Positions 19,782 to 29,968 of a DNA stretch of 64,000 nucleotides are shown piece after piece. The position numbers and the translations under genes are program-made. Each line of letters begins with the position of its first letter. Within the stretch, counting starts at the first letter, position 1. The notes under the pieces were generated by a model. That model saw nothing but the letters and a program-made list of their open reading frames with translations, searched no databases and was not told the origin of the DNA. The stretch is from a candidate division WS6 bacterium OLB20. Lineage in GTDB: Bacteria > Patescibacteriota > Dojkabacteria > B142 > OLB20. The stretch spans positions 70,655 through 134,654 of the forward strand of contig JYNZ01000003.1 of assembly GCA_001567355.1 (NCBI GenBank). Direction: 5' to 3'.

Positions 19782-21331
19782 TATTTTATCTCTGCGGGAA
19801 CTAAAGTAAGTGCAGAAAACACATTGTCTATCGCTATTAAATTTCCCAGTAACTTACGTGCCCAATCCTGCTCTGACTGTGCTTTTATTTTATCATAGAC
19901 AGGCTCTAGCGTAAATAGACCCTGAGAGTCGACAGGAAGCTCAATGACATCTGGTATGGCAAGCCTTCGGCGGAGAAGCAGAACAGCCTGATCACGGTTG
20001 TCCTCATCAGCTTCATCAGCAGTTCTGCGCAGGATTCTGTCCAGCAGCATAATATTATAGATACCGTTATCATGCAGTCTGTCCCGCAGTTCAGTCCAGT
20101 ATGTCCGCATTCGTTCAGTATTATCTGCGCTCTCCATGGCATCTCGTGCTTCTAAACCTACCCCGATTGCCAGCATCAGATCCCCGGCAACATCAATCAC
20201 ATCCCGGTTGCCATCCCTGTCCATATCAATCCGGTCAAGCAGATCAAGCTCAGTCCGCAGGTTCCTGATCCGGGAGGCAAACACGCTTTTTTGCATAGAC
20301 TCAGGATACTGTTGCAGCTTATGAAGCTCATCACCCATATCAGAGCGCATCATCTCGACCTTAAGGCGCACATTATCATGCGCCGGATCTGAACCACCTG
20401 TAGGACGGAGCAGCAGTCGCCGCAAGCGTACGGCGTCACTGACCTGTTCCATACTCGTATTTTTTCTTCCCTGTAACGCCTTCTGAGCCCGTATAGTATC
20501 CTCCTGATATTGCTGATCGAGCATCCCGAGCATAATATCGGTGGCTCTGCTGATATCCCGCATCCAGAAGTCGCGCATGCGATCCGCCATATGATGAAAG
20601 ACCATGAAATCATGGAAATCAGCAAAACCATACATATGCAGCATTTGTTCTGATATTCCTAACAGTGCTGCCTCCTCGGGTGCCTCCAGGCGAAGTTCGT
20701 TTCTGGCTGCAGCCTCGATATCTGCCGGATCCACCAGTCCCTCTGCCATCATCTGCGTGTTGCGCATGATCAGTGTTGCCTGAGCCAGGTCATCCCGTCT
20801 CACTCCTTTTGCTCCTAGTTCAAGTCTCCGAAACGGATCTTCCTCCCTGTCGTGATCCACAGCAGCCTCAATTCTGACCTTATTGGCGGTGGCACCGATG
20901 TATGACTTGGCAACCATGTACCGTGCCGACGCAATAAGTCTCCGGCGGGCAAGCTGCAGGATCTCTTCCGGATTCATTCCCGGGTAAGCAGCCATCTCTG
21001 GTTTCTCAACGTAGGTCGTAAGTGAAGGATCCTTCTCGGGAAATTCAACACCGGCATTCTTCTGATCGATGACCCAGTTTAGATGATTAACAACCAGCTG
21101 TAGCATCTGGTTATACGACAGGTTCCATTCTGAACTTGTGCCATCTGAACTCTCCAGTGCATGAAGAGCTGCCTCTTCAGAAAGAGCTCGCGGTTCTGAT
21201 GGCTCATAGGATTTCATTGCTGCAAAAACCGCATACTCTGCAGTTGACAGCTCAAACGATAGTCGAGGACGGTTTGATTTTGGTAGCTGGTTCTGTTCGG
21301 GTGTTGTCATAGTACGGTCTATATTGCGCAA
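19781..21331 (-). CDS. hypothetical acidic alpha-helical protein (516 aa)
   Basis: Long uninterrupted ORF with ordinary coding composition. No recognisable catalytic motif. It contains 'DMDRDGNRDVIDVAGD', a possible metal-binding loop. Confidence 0.6.
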   Translation of the reverse strand: MRNIDRTMTTPEQNQLPKSNRPRLSFELSTAEYAVFAAMKSYEPSEPRALSEEAALHALESSDGTSSEWNLSYNQMLQLVVNHLNWVIDQKNAGVEFPEKDPSLTTYVEKPEMAAYPGMNPEEILQLARRRLIASARYMVAKSYIGATANKVRIEAAVDHDREEDPFRRLELGAKGVRRDDLAQATLIMRNTQMMAEGLVDPADIEAAARNELRLEAPEEAALLGISEQMLHMYGFADFHDFMVFHHMADRMRDFWMRDISRATDIMLGMLDQQYQEDTIRAQKALQGRKNTSMEQVSDAVRLRRLLLRPTGGSDPAHDNVRLKVEMMRSDMGDELHKLQQYPESMQKSVFASRIRNLRTELDLLDRIDMDRDGNRDVIDVAGDLMLAIGVGLEARDAMESADNTERMRTYWTELRDRLHDNGIYNIMLLDRILRRTADEADEDNRDQAVLLLRRRLAIPDVIELPVDSQGLFTLEPVYDKIKAQSEQDWARKLLGNLIAIDNVFSALTLVPAEIK

Positions 21332-21620
21332 TTATATAACAGCACAATTCATTCTCAAAGCGGATTGATCCGAATTGCATAGTGTTCTTGCAATGCATGT
21401 TTGCCCGGGATATAAGCGGGGTGGCTTTGTAAAGCATATATGCAGGGGCCTTGCAGCCCTCCCCGTAATTTGAGTATAGCCGGAAACATTTTTATACGTC
21501 CCTAACGGCAATCAAAACGCATCTGAATGCTTTGAGATCTGCCAGAACTAAATACCGGGTATACATCAGACACTAGATCCGGTTGCGGAATGAAGTACAA
21601 GAGGATAATGCGTGAAGAAG

Positions 21621-21691
21621 TTCGGGGACAGGGACTCGAACCCCGATTCTCGGCTTCAAAGGCCGGTGTCCTACCATTAGACGATCCCCGA
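21621..21691 (-). tRNA. tRNA-Gln (anticodon UUG)
   Basis: 71-nt cloverleaf. Acceptor stem UCGGGGA/UCCCCGA with the U1:A72 pair typical of bacterial tRNA-Gln. U8; D-loop AAUGGUA with G18G19; anticodon loop CUUUGAA (U33, UUG, A37); T-loop UUCGAGU; discriminator A. CCA is not encoded. Confidence 0.85.
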
Positions 21692-21800
21692 TCAGATGCA
21701 CTGCAGACTGTGAGTCTGCGCAGCCATTATACCAAATGACCTGCAGCTGTTCACGTATATTGCTGTAACATACTGAGGCCATTACCGTAATTACTTGCCC

Positions 21801-22883
21801 ATGGAACAGACACGTGCCTTCGAAAAATTTGCTGAAGACCGCCTGCAACTGCAGGATGTTTACACACGATACCCGGCACTAATACTGGTCGGACATGATA
21901 CCGGGACAGAAAGATATGAATGGGGGACGCTCCAGGGTCTGGGTGGATTAGATTCTGATTACCCGTTTGACGCGCAGACAATACACCTGCAGCTTGAGGG
22001 CAGCTCCTTTGACGTTCAGGTGGCACAGACAAATATTGGAGGCACACGCACATGGGCTGCTGTTTCAGTTGATATACCCGGCAGAGAGGGAACTCAGGAT
22101 ATATCAAGAACCCTTGCGCGAGCAGGATCCGGAGGAGTGCAACTGATCAGCTCAGTCTTTGAAGAGGCAGCGCAAACCATTATCAGCCAGTCGGCTTTGC
22201 GCCACTACGCTGAAAATGTCCTGCACTCAGCTGCCTTCAGCAGATCAGCTGTAACGTCCTATCCTTCACGGCTGGAACCCCTTGTCGCGTATGCTGTCAG
22301 GATGGAAAGCATTCTGCAGGATGTGGCACTGCTGAAAAACATATCTACCCGCAACAGTATAGACTTAGCAAACGAACCGGGGTATTTAAAACTGCTTGCT
22401 GCTACACCGGACACATCACTTCTGGAGGAAACACGTATACCGTCAGAAGCGTTTATTCATCTTGCAGAATTCATGCAGAACACATCAAAATATGGTCAAT
22501 CTACCTGTCTGGCATCGGATATCAGTACAATCAGCACCGCCCGCAGAAGATTTCTGCGTCTTGCCAGTGCCGACAACGGAATCGGAATCCCGCGCCAGAT
22601 GCTGCGCATCCTTCTGAGTAAAGGCGCAAGCACTGGGCATACAGGAGGGCAGGGAACATTCCTTGCTGCTGAATACGCGACAAAACATGGCGGATTTCTG
22701 CAGATTCGCTCTGCAGGTTCAGAAGACAAGACCTATCACTGTCGTGTGACTGTCGGGGCTCGGGATAACATCAGGACAGAGTGGACCGGCAAGCCGGTTG
22801 CACAGACAGGGTCGTCATTCGAACGCATTGCAGCAGAGCAGGGCACCTGCTTTGAAGTTGCGCTCATCCTCCCGCATACTTGA
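21801..22883 (+). CDS. protein with a C-terminal GHKL/histidine-kinase-like ATPase domain (no HisKA domain seen)
   Basis: The C-terminal region has an N-box/G1 'LASADNGIGIP' and a G2 'TGHTGGQGTFLAAEYATKHGGFL'. The N-terminal roughly 240 aa have no recognisable domain. Confidence 0.6.
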   Translation: MEQTRAFEKFAEDRLQLQDVYTRYPALILVGHDTGTERYEWGTLQGLGGLDSDYPFDAQTIHLQLEGSSFDVQVAQTNIGGTRTWAAVSVDIPGREGTQDISRTLARAGSGGVQLISSVFEEAAQTIISQSALRHYAENVLHSAAFSRSAVTSYPSRLEPLVAYAVRMESILQDVALLKNISTRNSIDLANEPGYLKLLAATPDTSLLEETRIPSEAFIHLAEFMQNTSKYGQSTCLASDISTISTARRRFLRLASADNGIGIPRQMLRILLSKGASTGHTGGQGTFLAAEYATKHGGFLQIRSAGSEDKTYHCRVTVGARDNIRTEWTGKPVAQTGSSFERIAAEQGTCFEVALILPHT

Positions 22884-23024
22884 GAAATAGCTTGCCATCT
22901 AGTAGTATTTGTGCAATCCTTCGCTTTGCAAAGCCAGTTTTTGGACCCTTCGGACAAAGCAAAAATCTGTCCTGATTTTTGTAACTATGCGGAATAAAGC
23001 ACGTAATTATTACTAGATCGGAGC

Positions 23025-23540
23025 GTGGACAAAGAGACGCTTTTAAAAGCAAAGCAAGGAGATAAGGAGTCTCTTGCTGCAATATTCGATCAATATGCTG
23101 ATCGCCTGTACAGGTATGTGTATATACGCATACGCGACCAGGTCAGATCAGAGGATCTTGTCAGTGTTATCTTTATCAAGATTCTTGAAAATATTGACCG
23201 CCTGGATATTTCCAAGAACTTTGAGGCATGGATGTTTACGATAGCCCGTAACGCGCTGATTGATTCGTTACGTAAAAACAGGTTCGTGACAGCCACCGAA
23301 ATGATTGACATCGCCAGGGACGAAGTTGATCATGAGGAAAACGCTGATACAGAGATTCTGATTGATGAAGTCCGGATATACCTTGAGGATCTGAAAGGAC
23401 TTGAGCGGGAAGTTATCGAGCTCACGTACTTTGGAGGTCTTAATGACAAGGAGATCAGCAAAATAATTAAAAAGCCGGTCGGAAACATTCGCGTCATTCG
23501 GTTTCGGGCGGTGAAAAAGTTACAGCAGTTGCTACAATAA
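23025..23540 (+). CDS. ECF-type RNA polymerase sigma factor (sigma-70 regions 2 and 4)
   Basis: Region 2 'DRLYRYVYIRIRDQVRSEDLVSVIFIKI' and region 4 helix-turn-helix 'LTYFGGLNDKEISKIIKKPVGNIRV'. 171 aa with a GTG start. Confidence 0.8.
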   Translation: MDKETLLKAKQGDKESLAAIFDQYADRLYRYVYIRIRDQVRSEDLVSVIFIKILENIDRLDISKNFEAWMFTIARNALIDSLRKNRFVTATEMIDIARDEVDHEENADTEILIDEVRIYLEDLKGLEREVIELTYFGGLNDKEISKIIKKPVGNIRVIRFRAVKKLQQLLQ

Positions 23541-23543
23541 ATT

Positions 23544-24248
23544 ATGAAAAACTCAAACGCAGAGACATTGCTGTCGAAAGCAGCAGAAATGATCCGGACA
23601 GATGAAGCCTGGAAGCAGGAGGCACGTGCTGCATTCCTTTCGCGTGCGGACCATGTTTTTCAACAGGAAAAAAGACTCTCCTTTGCTGGATCTCTGCGAG
23701 CATTTTTTACAGGCACACCACTGCAGGCGGGCCTTTCAGCACTCCTGATTGTTCTTTCAGGTGCTGCATTCATTGTTGCCTCACGACCGGTTGAACAGTC
23801 AGTTAATCTTCCTGATCAGCCAGCATGGACCGCAGAAGGTCCGCAGACACCGGATGAACTCAAAATCAACGCAGAGCTTGCTATTGCTCAGGTTGAGTCT
23901 CTGATCGACCCCGAAAACAGCATAATTGACAGCAGAGAAGCAGAGCAGGAGCTTGAAGCTGCACGAACAGCCTATGCAGAGGGCGACTATGAGACTGCAC
24001 TTGTTTTTGCAAGTGGTGCATATGACAGAATCAATCTGCTGCTGGCAGGCGAACCCACACCTACTGAACTTACACGTCCCGGCTCACGCAAACCGTCTGT
24101 CGAGGGTCAGACAATTCACGCCAACGAAGATGAAAAAACTGATGACGCCGCTCCAACGGACAAACCCGCAAACGGTGGAACCGGTATCGCAGGTGTCGAA
24201 GAGCCTGCTGAGGATGATGACTATCAGCAGAACAATCTGCGCAGATAG
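23544..24248 (+). CDS. putative anti-sigma factor (single-pass membrane protein) cognate to the upstream ECF sigma
   Basis: It starts 4 nt after the sigma gene. It has an N-terminal cytoplasmic helix, one TM segment ('GLSALLIVLSGAAFIVA') and an acidic extracytoplasmic tail. Confidence 0.6.
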   Translation: MKNSNAETLLSKAAEMIRTDEAWKQEARAAFLSRADHVFQQEKRLSFAGSLRAFFTGTPLQAGLSALLIVLSGAAFIVASRPVEQSVNLPDQPAWTAEGPQTPDELKINAELAIAQVESLIDPENSIIDSREAEQELEAARTAYAEGDYETALVFASGAYDRINLLLAGEPTPTELTRPGSRKPSVEGQTIHANEDEKTDDAAPTDKPANGGTGIAGVEEPAEDDDYQQNNLRR

Positions 24249-25016
24249 CTACACAGGCTGATATCCGAAGGTGGTAAAAATCCGGTACAGAGACCCATAC
24301 AGCTGATCGAGCCCTCCTGTTAGCAGCATGATTCCAAGGATAATAAGCAGAACAGCACTGACCTGATGCAACAGTCGTGTATAACGGTTAATCCTGCGCA
24401 TCAGTTTTTGTGCTGAGCCAAAGAAGAGTGCAAGCAGCATAAACGGCACTGTAATCCCCAGCCCGAACACAAGCAGCAGAAAACCGCCCTCGAACACATT
24501 TTGTGAAGCTGTACCTGCGAGCAGCAGAATGCTTCCCAGGATCGGACCGATACAGGGCGTCCAGGCAAATGCTGACGTTACACCGATAATGAACGGATAC
24601 ACATACCCTTTGCCGGCTTTACCGGTATTAAACTCGACCTTGCGCTCGCGAAACAGAAACTGAAGCCGCTTGAAGCGTTCTCCGAAAAGAATAAACAGAC
24701 CAAATAGAATGATGGTCACGGCACCGGCTGTCTGCAGAAAATCTGTATGACGCATGAGCAGGGAGCCGATCCCGGTTGCGCTCATCCCGAGCAGAACAAA
24801 CACAAGCAGAAAACCGGCAACATAGGACAAAGCGCTCAGCAGGACTCTTTGACGGTAATACTTTTTGGAAGCGACAGTGTCCTCTCCGGTTGCACGGAAG
24901 ACAAGGTAGCTGATAAATGTGGGAAGCGTTACAAAAGTACAGGGGGCAAAAAACGTCAACAGCCCTGCCACAAAGGCAGTTATCAGGTTAACATCGTGCA
25001 CTGGCGTTATCATCAC
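24249..25016 (-). CDS. ccdA: cytochrome c-type biogenesis / thiol-disulfide transporter CcdA (DsbD transmembrane domain family)
   Basis: The two conserved Cys motifs 'FFAPCTFVTLP' and 'AWTPCIGPILG' in a 6-TM protein. Confidence 0.8.
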   Translation of the reverse strand: MMITPVHDVNLITAFVAGLLTFFAPCTFVTLPTFISYLVFRATGEDTVASKKYYRQRVLLSALSYVAGFLLVFVLLGMSATGIGSLLMRHTDFLQTAGAVTIILFGLFILFGERFKRLQFLFRERKVEFNTGKAGKGYVYPFIIGVTSAFAWTPCIGPILGSILLLAGTASQNVFEGGFLLLVFGLGITVPFMLLALFFGSAQKLMRRINRYTRLLHQVSAVLLIILGIMLLTGGLDQLYGSLYRIFTTFGYQPV

Positions 25017-25078
25017 TTCAGCGTGTTACTATATGTGTAGTAGTATAGATACGGCTCACCATAATTGCAACAAGTACC

Positions 25079-25831
25079 CTAGCGTTTACGGGCGAACACG
25101 AGCAGTCCGTGCTGTTCGTCAAGTAGCGAGTAACCCTCAGCCGAGAATGATTTTACCGTCTCTATGTCAAACCTGCCCTGCGAAATAAGGTGATGCAGCA
25201 TTTTTCCACGTGCCCGCTTGGCGAGGATTCCAACCGTTACATATTTGCCATCGCGCCACTCTTTAAAGTCAACATCAGTAACAGGCATATTCAGAAGACT
25301 GTCCGAGACGGCAGCACGGTATTCGTTTGACAGCAGACTGAGAACTGAATCATGTCCTGTTGCATTAATATGCTTTGCAACCGGCTGCTGCCAGTACTCA
25401 CTGAGAACAGCTGTGCGTGCATAGTTAAGTTTTGTTCCCATCTCGAGGCGGTAGGGGTGAACAAGATCAAACGGTCTGAGAATGCCATACAGTCCAGAAA
25501 TTATGCGCAAATGATGCTGTGTCTTTTCGAGCTGTTGGTCCGAATATGCCTTGAGATCCAGCTCACGGAACACGTCACCGTTAAACATCGTGAGGGCTGT
25601 AAATGAATTTTTCTGTGTATGACTGTCACTCCAGTCAACCAGCCGTTCGTGATTCAGCTCTGCGATCTTGTCACTGACATAATACAGACGCGCAAGCTGT
25701 CTGGTGGAAAGTTTTCTCAGGATACGGACAATACCTGCTGCCTCAGCGATATAGTCAGGCGCTGTCGGTGTAACTGGAGAGTTGGAATGTTCTTCCAGCA
25801 GGCGTTTTGCTGGCGTTATCAGCACAAGCAT
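25079..25831 (-). CDS. yaaA: YaaA-family peroxide stress protein (UPF0246/DUF328)
   Basis: N-terminus 'MLVLITPAKRL', plus 'HLRIISGLYGILRPFDLVHPYRLEMG'. Start placed at the internal Met; the longer ORF from 25918 adds a Cys/Arg-rich leader that is unlikely to be real. Confidence 0.75.
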   Translation of the reverse strand: MLVLITPAKRLLEEHSNSPVTPTAPDYIAEAAGIVRILRKLSTRQLARLYYVSDKIAELNHERLVDWSDSHTQKNSFTALTMFNGDVFRELDLKAYSDQQLEKTQHHLRIISGLYGILRPFDLVHPYRLEMGTKLNYARTAVLSEYWQQPVAKHINATGHDSVLSLLSNEYRAAVSDSLLNMPVTDVDFKEWRDGKYVTVGILAKRARGKMLHHLISQGRFDIETVKSFSAEGYSLLDEQHGLLVFARKR

Positions 25832-25835
25832 GCAT

Positions 25836-26696
25836 CTATTGTAGCAGATACTCCTTCGCAAGATGCAGCATCGCCGGTGATATCTCGGTTGCTGTCGCGA
25901 AGTGTTCGCTGAACACATGCATGTTGTCTACCGTCAGCTGCTTACCTGTTATACACGGCACATCAGCAGGTATACCAAGCTTGAGAAGACCAGCCGGGCG
26001 CTCTGCTGAATGGGACGGGTACATATGATTCATAAGCAGTCCCTGCAACACAGCACGTTCGATCCTGCCGAGATATTCAAGCTGCTCGCTGGCATGCTCC
26101 GGATCGTGACTGTACTCGGTTGTAATCCTCAACTGCTCTTCAGAGATATATGTCTGGTATTCGGAACTGCTCAGGAAAACAGAAACCTCGTCTGCATACT
26201 CCATCAACCCTTCTGTGTCATAGAGAAGCGGTTTGATACTGTCCATTATTCCGATCGGATTTGCTGAACCTGCAGTCTCCCGCACCAGAGCTGCATTCAT
26301 AACGGCTGCGCTTGTCAGGGCGGCAAATGTATTGCGGCGGTGCAATGCTGCCAGGGCTGCCGCACGCTGTTCGACCGGCATCCTGATAAATGCGGACTTA
26401 TTGCCATCACTTTGCATGTACATGAAGACAAAATCGTCAAGCCGGGCTGCATATTGATTCAGCTTTGCGGCGTCAAAGTGCATTCGGTCAATATCAGTGA
26501 GTGTTGCCGCCATCAGCAGTCGTGATGCCCAGAGCAGTCTGCCGGGGTCACGCGACTCCGGGGAGGCACCTTCCAGGAGGCCGATCAGGTGTTTCTGCGG
26601 TTCGCAGAGGCGTACCTGCACTGCTTCTGATGTTTCCAGCAGTGCGGGATTTATTTCGTCTAATGTATCGGAAGTTTCAGTCAGTCCAACTGCCAT
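25836..26696 (-). CDS. hypothetical protein (286 aa)
   Basis: Uninterrupted ORF, divergent from the ABC exporter gene. No recognisable motif. Confidence 0.5.
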   Translation of the reverse strand: MAVGLTETSDTLDEINPALLETSEAVQVRLCEPQKHLIGLLEGASPESRDPGRLLWASRLLMAATLTDIDRMHFDAAKLNQYAARLDDFVFMYMQSDGNKSAFIRMPVEQRAAALAALHRRNTFAALTSAAVMNAALVRETAGSANPIGIMDSIKPLLYDTEGLMEYADEVSVFLSSSEYQTYISEEQLRITTEYSHDPEHASEQLEYLGRIERAVLQGLLMNHMYPSHSAERPAGLLKLGIPADVPCITGKQLTVDNMHVFSEHFATATEISPAMLHLAKEYLLQ

Positions 26697-26757
26697 GATT
26701 GAGAGATGTTATTGTACAATGCATTTATATTTACGTTGTTCCCGCCAGCACCATTAC

Positions 26758-28533
26758 ATGAAAAACATTGCCAAAATCATCAGAATCTCAAAGCCTTTGT
26801 GGGGATTGACTGCTCTGATTGCTTTTCTGATCATAATAACCGCACTGCTGGATCAGGTTGCGCCGATACTTTCCAAATTTATCGTCGATGAGATTGTCCA
26901 GCAGATTCAGACAGGCGAAGGTGATCAGCAGATACTGGTCAACCTCATCGCCGCCAGTTTTATCGTTGTTCTGATAAATATCACTCTGACAACGGTGACA
27001 AACAGGCTCGGGGATCACTTTGCAGGCAGACTGCAGCAGTTTCTGACCGAGACATTCTACGCGAAGATCCTTGCGCTTCCGCAAAGTTACTTTGACTCGG
27101 AGCTTTCGGGGAAGATTGTTAACCAGCTGAGCAGGGGAATCCTTACCATCAAGGGGTTTGCCAATACGGCCACAAACTTTATACTGCCAACTCTTCTGCA
27201 GACAATAATCACAATTGCTGTTCTGGCGTACTTCAACCCTCCGACAGCATTCTTTGTATTCATGCTGTTTCCCATCTATCTGACGATCAGTTATTTTTCA
27301 TCCAAACGCTGGGGTGAAGAGGAGAAAAAGAAGAACAAACTTGAAGACGCTGGTCGCGGACGTATCCAGGAGGTCATCAGCAATATGAAGCTGGTCAAGT
27401 CTGCCAATACCCAGGAGTCAGAGTACAGATTTATTTCTGATAATCAGACAGGCATCAACACAATTTATGCGCGCCAGAGCGGAATGTTCCACCGCTTTGA
27501 CTTTTTGCGCAATCTCAGTCTGATAGTGATTGTTCTGATCGTAAACATCATTACTTACGGTAACGCCTACACCGGGGCACTGACAATCGGGGACATGGTG
27601 CTTATCCTGCAGCTTGTCGTACAGGCCCAGCGACCGCTGTTTGCCATGTCATTTATTCTGACGCAACTTCAGACTGCAGAAAGCGGATCAAAAGAGTTTT
27701 TTGAGATTCTTGAGCTTGAGGCCACCGAGCCATATTACGACACCGGCTTCGACACAAGACGTATCAAAAGCCCTGATATACGCTTTGATGATGTATCTTT
27801 TTCATATGAGGAGAGTGACGAGGTTTTACATAATGTCACCCTCAACTTCAGATCGGGCGAGAAAGTTGCTCTTGTAGGACACAGCGGTGCAGGTAAATCT
27901 ACTATCATTAATCTGATTATGGGTTTTTACAAACCAACACGCGGAGAGATTTACCTTAAGGATAAAGCTTATTCAGCCTCGGATATTCGTGATATCCGCA
28001 ATAACATTTCGATGGTATTTCAGGAGAACGAGCTTTTCAGTTCCACTGTACGGGAGAATATCCGCTATGGCTCACCCGATGCGTCGGAAGAAGAACTGAT
28101 CACAGCACTCAAACAGGCTAACGCCTGGGACTTTGTTTCCAAACTGCCAAAAGGCCTGGACTCCGAAATCGGCGAGCGGGGGATCAAGCTGTCAGGCGGG
28201 CAGAAGCAGCGTTTACAGATAGCCCGTGCCATTCTTGAAGATTCACCGGTACTGATACTCGACGAGGCGACAAGCAGCCTGGACTCAAGATCTGAGCAGC
28301 AGGTCCAGGAGGCACTAGAGCGACTGATGCAGGACAGACTTGTAATCATCATTGCGCATCGCTTCTCAACAATCCAGAATGTGGACCGGGTCGTCGTCAT
28401 AGACAAAGGCACAGTTGCTGATTCGGGGTCTCCGCGTGAACTTGCCGCCAGAAAGGACAGTATCTACGCAGAGCTTCTGTCCTACCAGATCGAAGGCAAC
28501 AAAAAACTCCTTAAGAACTACGAACTGTATTAG
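26758..28533 (+). CDS. ABC exporter, fused permease-ATPase (MsbA/type I exporter-like)
   Basis: 6-TM N-terminal domain. Walker A 'GHSGAGKST', signature 'LSGGQKQRLQIARAIL', Walker B 'LILDEATSSLD'. Start taken at Met 26758 ('MKNIAKII'). Confidence 0.85.
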   Translation: MKNIAKIIRISKPLWGLTALIAFLIIITALLDQVAPILSKFIVDEIVQQIQTGEGDQQILVNLIAASFIVVLINITLTTVTNRLGDHFAGRLQQFLTETFYAKILALPQSYFDSELSGKIVNQLSRGILTIKGFANTATNFILPTLLQTIITIAVLAYFNPPTAFFVFMLFPIYLTISYFSSKRWGEEEKKKNKLEDAGRGRIQEVISNMKLVKSANTQESEYRFISDNQTGINTIYARQSGMFHRFDFLRNLSLIVIVLIVNIITYGNAYTGALTIGDMVLILQLVVQAQRPLFAMSFILTQLQTAESGSKEFFEILELEATEPYYDTGFDTRRIKSPDIRFDDVSFSYEESDEVLHNVTLNFRSGEKVALVGHSGAGKSTIINLIMGFYKPTRGEIYLKDKAYSASDIRDIRNNISMVFQENELFSSTVRENIRYGSPDASEEELITALKQANAWDFVSKLPKGLDSEIGERGIKLSGGQKQRLQIARAILEDSPVLILDEATSSLDSRSEQQVQEALERLMQDRLVIIIAHRFSTIQNVDRVVVIDKGTVADSGSPRELAARKDSIYAELLSYQIEGNKKLLKNYELY

Positions 28534-28542
28534 AATGTGTCA

Positions 28543-29931
28543 ATGAAACTGCCCTCAACGCTACAACTCACGTTTAAAAATATCAGCACCTACACGCTGC
28601 TGGCTCAGCGAGCAATTGATAATCCTTTCAGTTTTAAACGTGAACTGCTGCAACTTGTGATTTTCCCTGCAACACTGATCATGGTCTTAAGCATACTGAG
28701 CGGGGCAGTGATTGGCAGTAGCAGCCGGACCATCGAGAGCACTGATGTACCGGCTGGACAGATCGAAGCAACACTGCATCGTGAATCCGGAACAAATTCG
28801 ATTGTGATCAGCGGTCCGTTGCGTGTTGAGGATGGTTTGCTGACCTTCAGCTTTTCCGGCAGTGAACTGTTTGTTGCCGCACCTTCTGAATTGACACTGA
28901 CAGAAGATACACTGCAGCTGGAATCAGGCATTGCTCTCATCAGGACAGCAGAACGCATCAGAGTCGCTCTGCCGGAACAGCAGCTTGAGCTTGCAACAGG
29001 ACAGGTCATTATCGTGAACGCCGATGATTCGTCATTCACTATTCTTGCCGGTGGTCAGCAGTTCGGCGAGTCCTCAGAGCTGCTTGCGGGTGAGACAGTC
29101 TCGTTTGCCATCGACAATCCCGAAATCACAGCATTTGACCGGCAGCTGTTCTCCCGTGAGTCAGCATACAAATCACTTGCTGAACTTCTCAGCACATTCG
29201 ATATGCTGCCTCAGGAACTCAGTGACCTGAAACCTCCCCCGATAGCAGACGTCATTCCCGGAGATAATGCCACGATCAATGAGATAAAAGTGAAGATTGA
29301 AGGCAGGACAGAGCCAGAGGCGACGGTAACAATAAATCAGACCAGTGTCTCTGTTGCAGAGGATGGATCATTCTCAAAGGTGTTTGAACTGAAAGAAGGA
29401 ACCAATACATTCAACATTCTGGCCCGGGATTCTGCAGGTAACACCACAACTGTTAAACGTACTTACACACGCAGCGCAACACAACAGGAAAATAATAACG
29501 GCACACCCGCAGGCGGATCGGAGACAGGCAGCACTCCCGCGACCCCGGCTCCTGCCCAGGCACAGAGCTGCAGCGGTAATTTCACACAGACACTCCTGTG
29601 TCTGATCAATAATCACCGGCAGCAAAACGGCAAGGGTACACTCATGCTCCACGGTGCCATGTCCCAGGCAGCACAGGACCATTCCGACTGGATGTCCGCT
29701 AACGCAACGCTAAGCCACACCGGCGAAGGCGGATCAAGTCCATGGGACCGGTGTGCAGATGCAGGTACAACCTGCGATGCGGAGAACGTGGCTCAAAACT
29801 CAAATCCGACCGCACAGAATATTTTTAATCAGTGGAAGAACAGCAGCGGTCACAATGAGAACATGCTCGGTTCTCACACCAGGATCGGTATCGGGATCAG
29901 TGACGGCTACGCAACGGCAGTATTTCAGTAG
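28543..29931 (+). CDS. membrane-anchored protein with a C-terminal CAP (SCP/PR-1-like) domain
   Basis: N-terminal TM anchor and a Thr/Pro linker. The C-terminal roughly 140 aa read 'LINNHRQQNG...HS.WM...LSHTGEGG...GENVAQN...WKNSSGHNENML....IGIG', matching the CAP domain signatures. Confidence 0.65.
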   Translation: MKLPSTLQLTFKNISTYTLLAQRAIDNPFSFKRELLQLVIFPATLIMVLSILSGAVIGSSSRTIESTDVPAGQIEATLHRESGTNSIVISGPLRVEDGLLTFSFSGSELFVAAPSELTLTEDTLQLESGIALIRTAERIRVALPEQQLELATGQVIIVNADDSSFTILAGGQQFGESSELLAGETVSFAIDNPEITAFDRQLFSRESAYKSLAELLSTFDMLPQELSDLKPPPIADVIPGDNATINEIKVKIEGRTEPEATVTINQTSVSVAEDGSFSKVFELKEGTNTFNILARDSAGNTTTVKRTYTRSATQQENNNGTPAGGSETGSTPATPAPAQAQSCSGNFTQTLLCLINNHRQQNGKGTLMLHGAMSQAAQDHSDWMSANATLSHTGEGGSSPWDRCADAGTTCDAENVAQNSNPTAQNIFNQWKNSSGHNENMLGSHTRIGIGISDGYATAVFQ

Positions 29932-29968
29932 TTGCGCTCTCAGCGCCTACATCATAGACTGAATAGAG

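Noticed and set aside
21421-21470. A GC-rich imperfect palindrome 'gcaggggccttgcagccctcccc' downstream of tRNA-Gln, as a possible terminator.
   Set aside because: The stem has mismatches and no T-run follows on the tRNA strand. It is not convincing as an intrinsic terminator.
22979-23013. A candidate promoter for the ECF sigma gene (TTGTAA, 17 nt, CGTAAT).
   Set aside because: The -10 element matches poorly and no ECF-type GGAAC/CGT motif is present. This is too weak to report as a feature.
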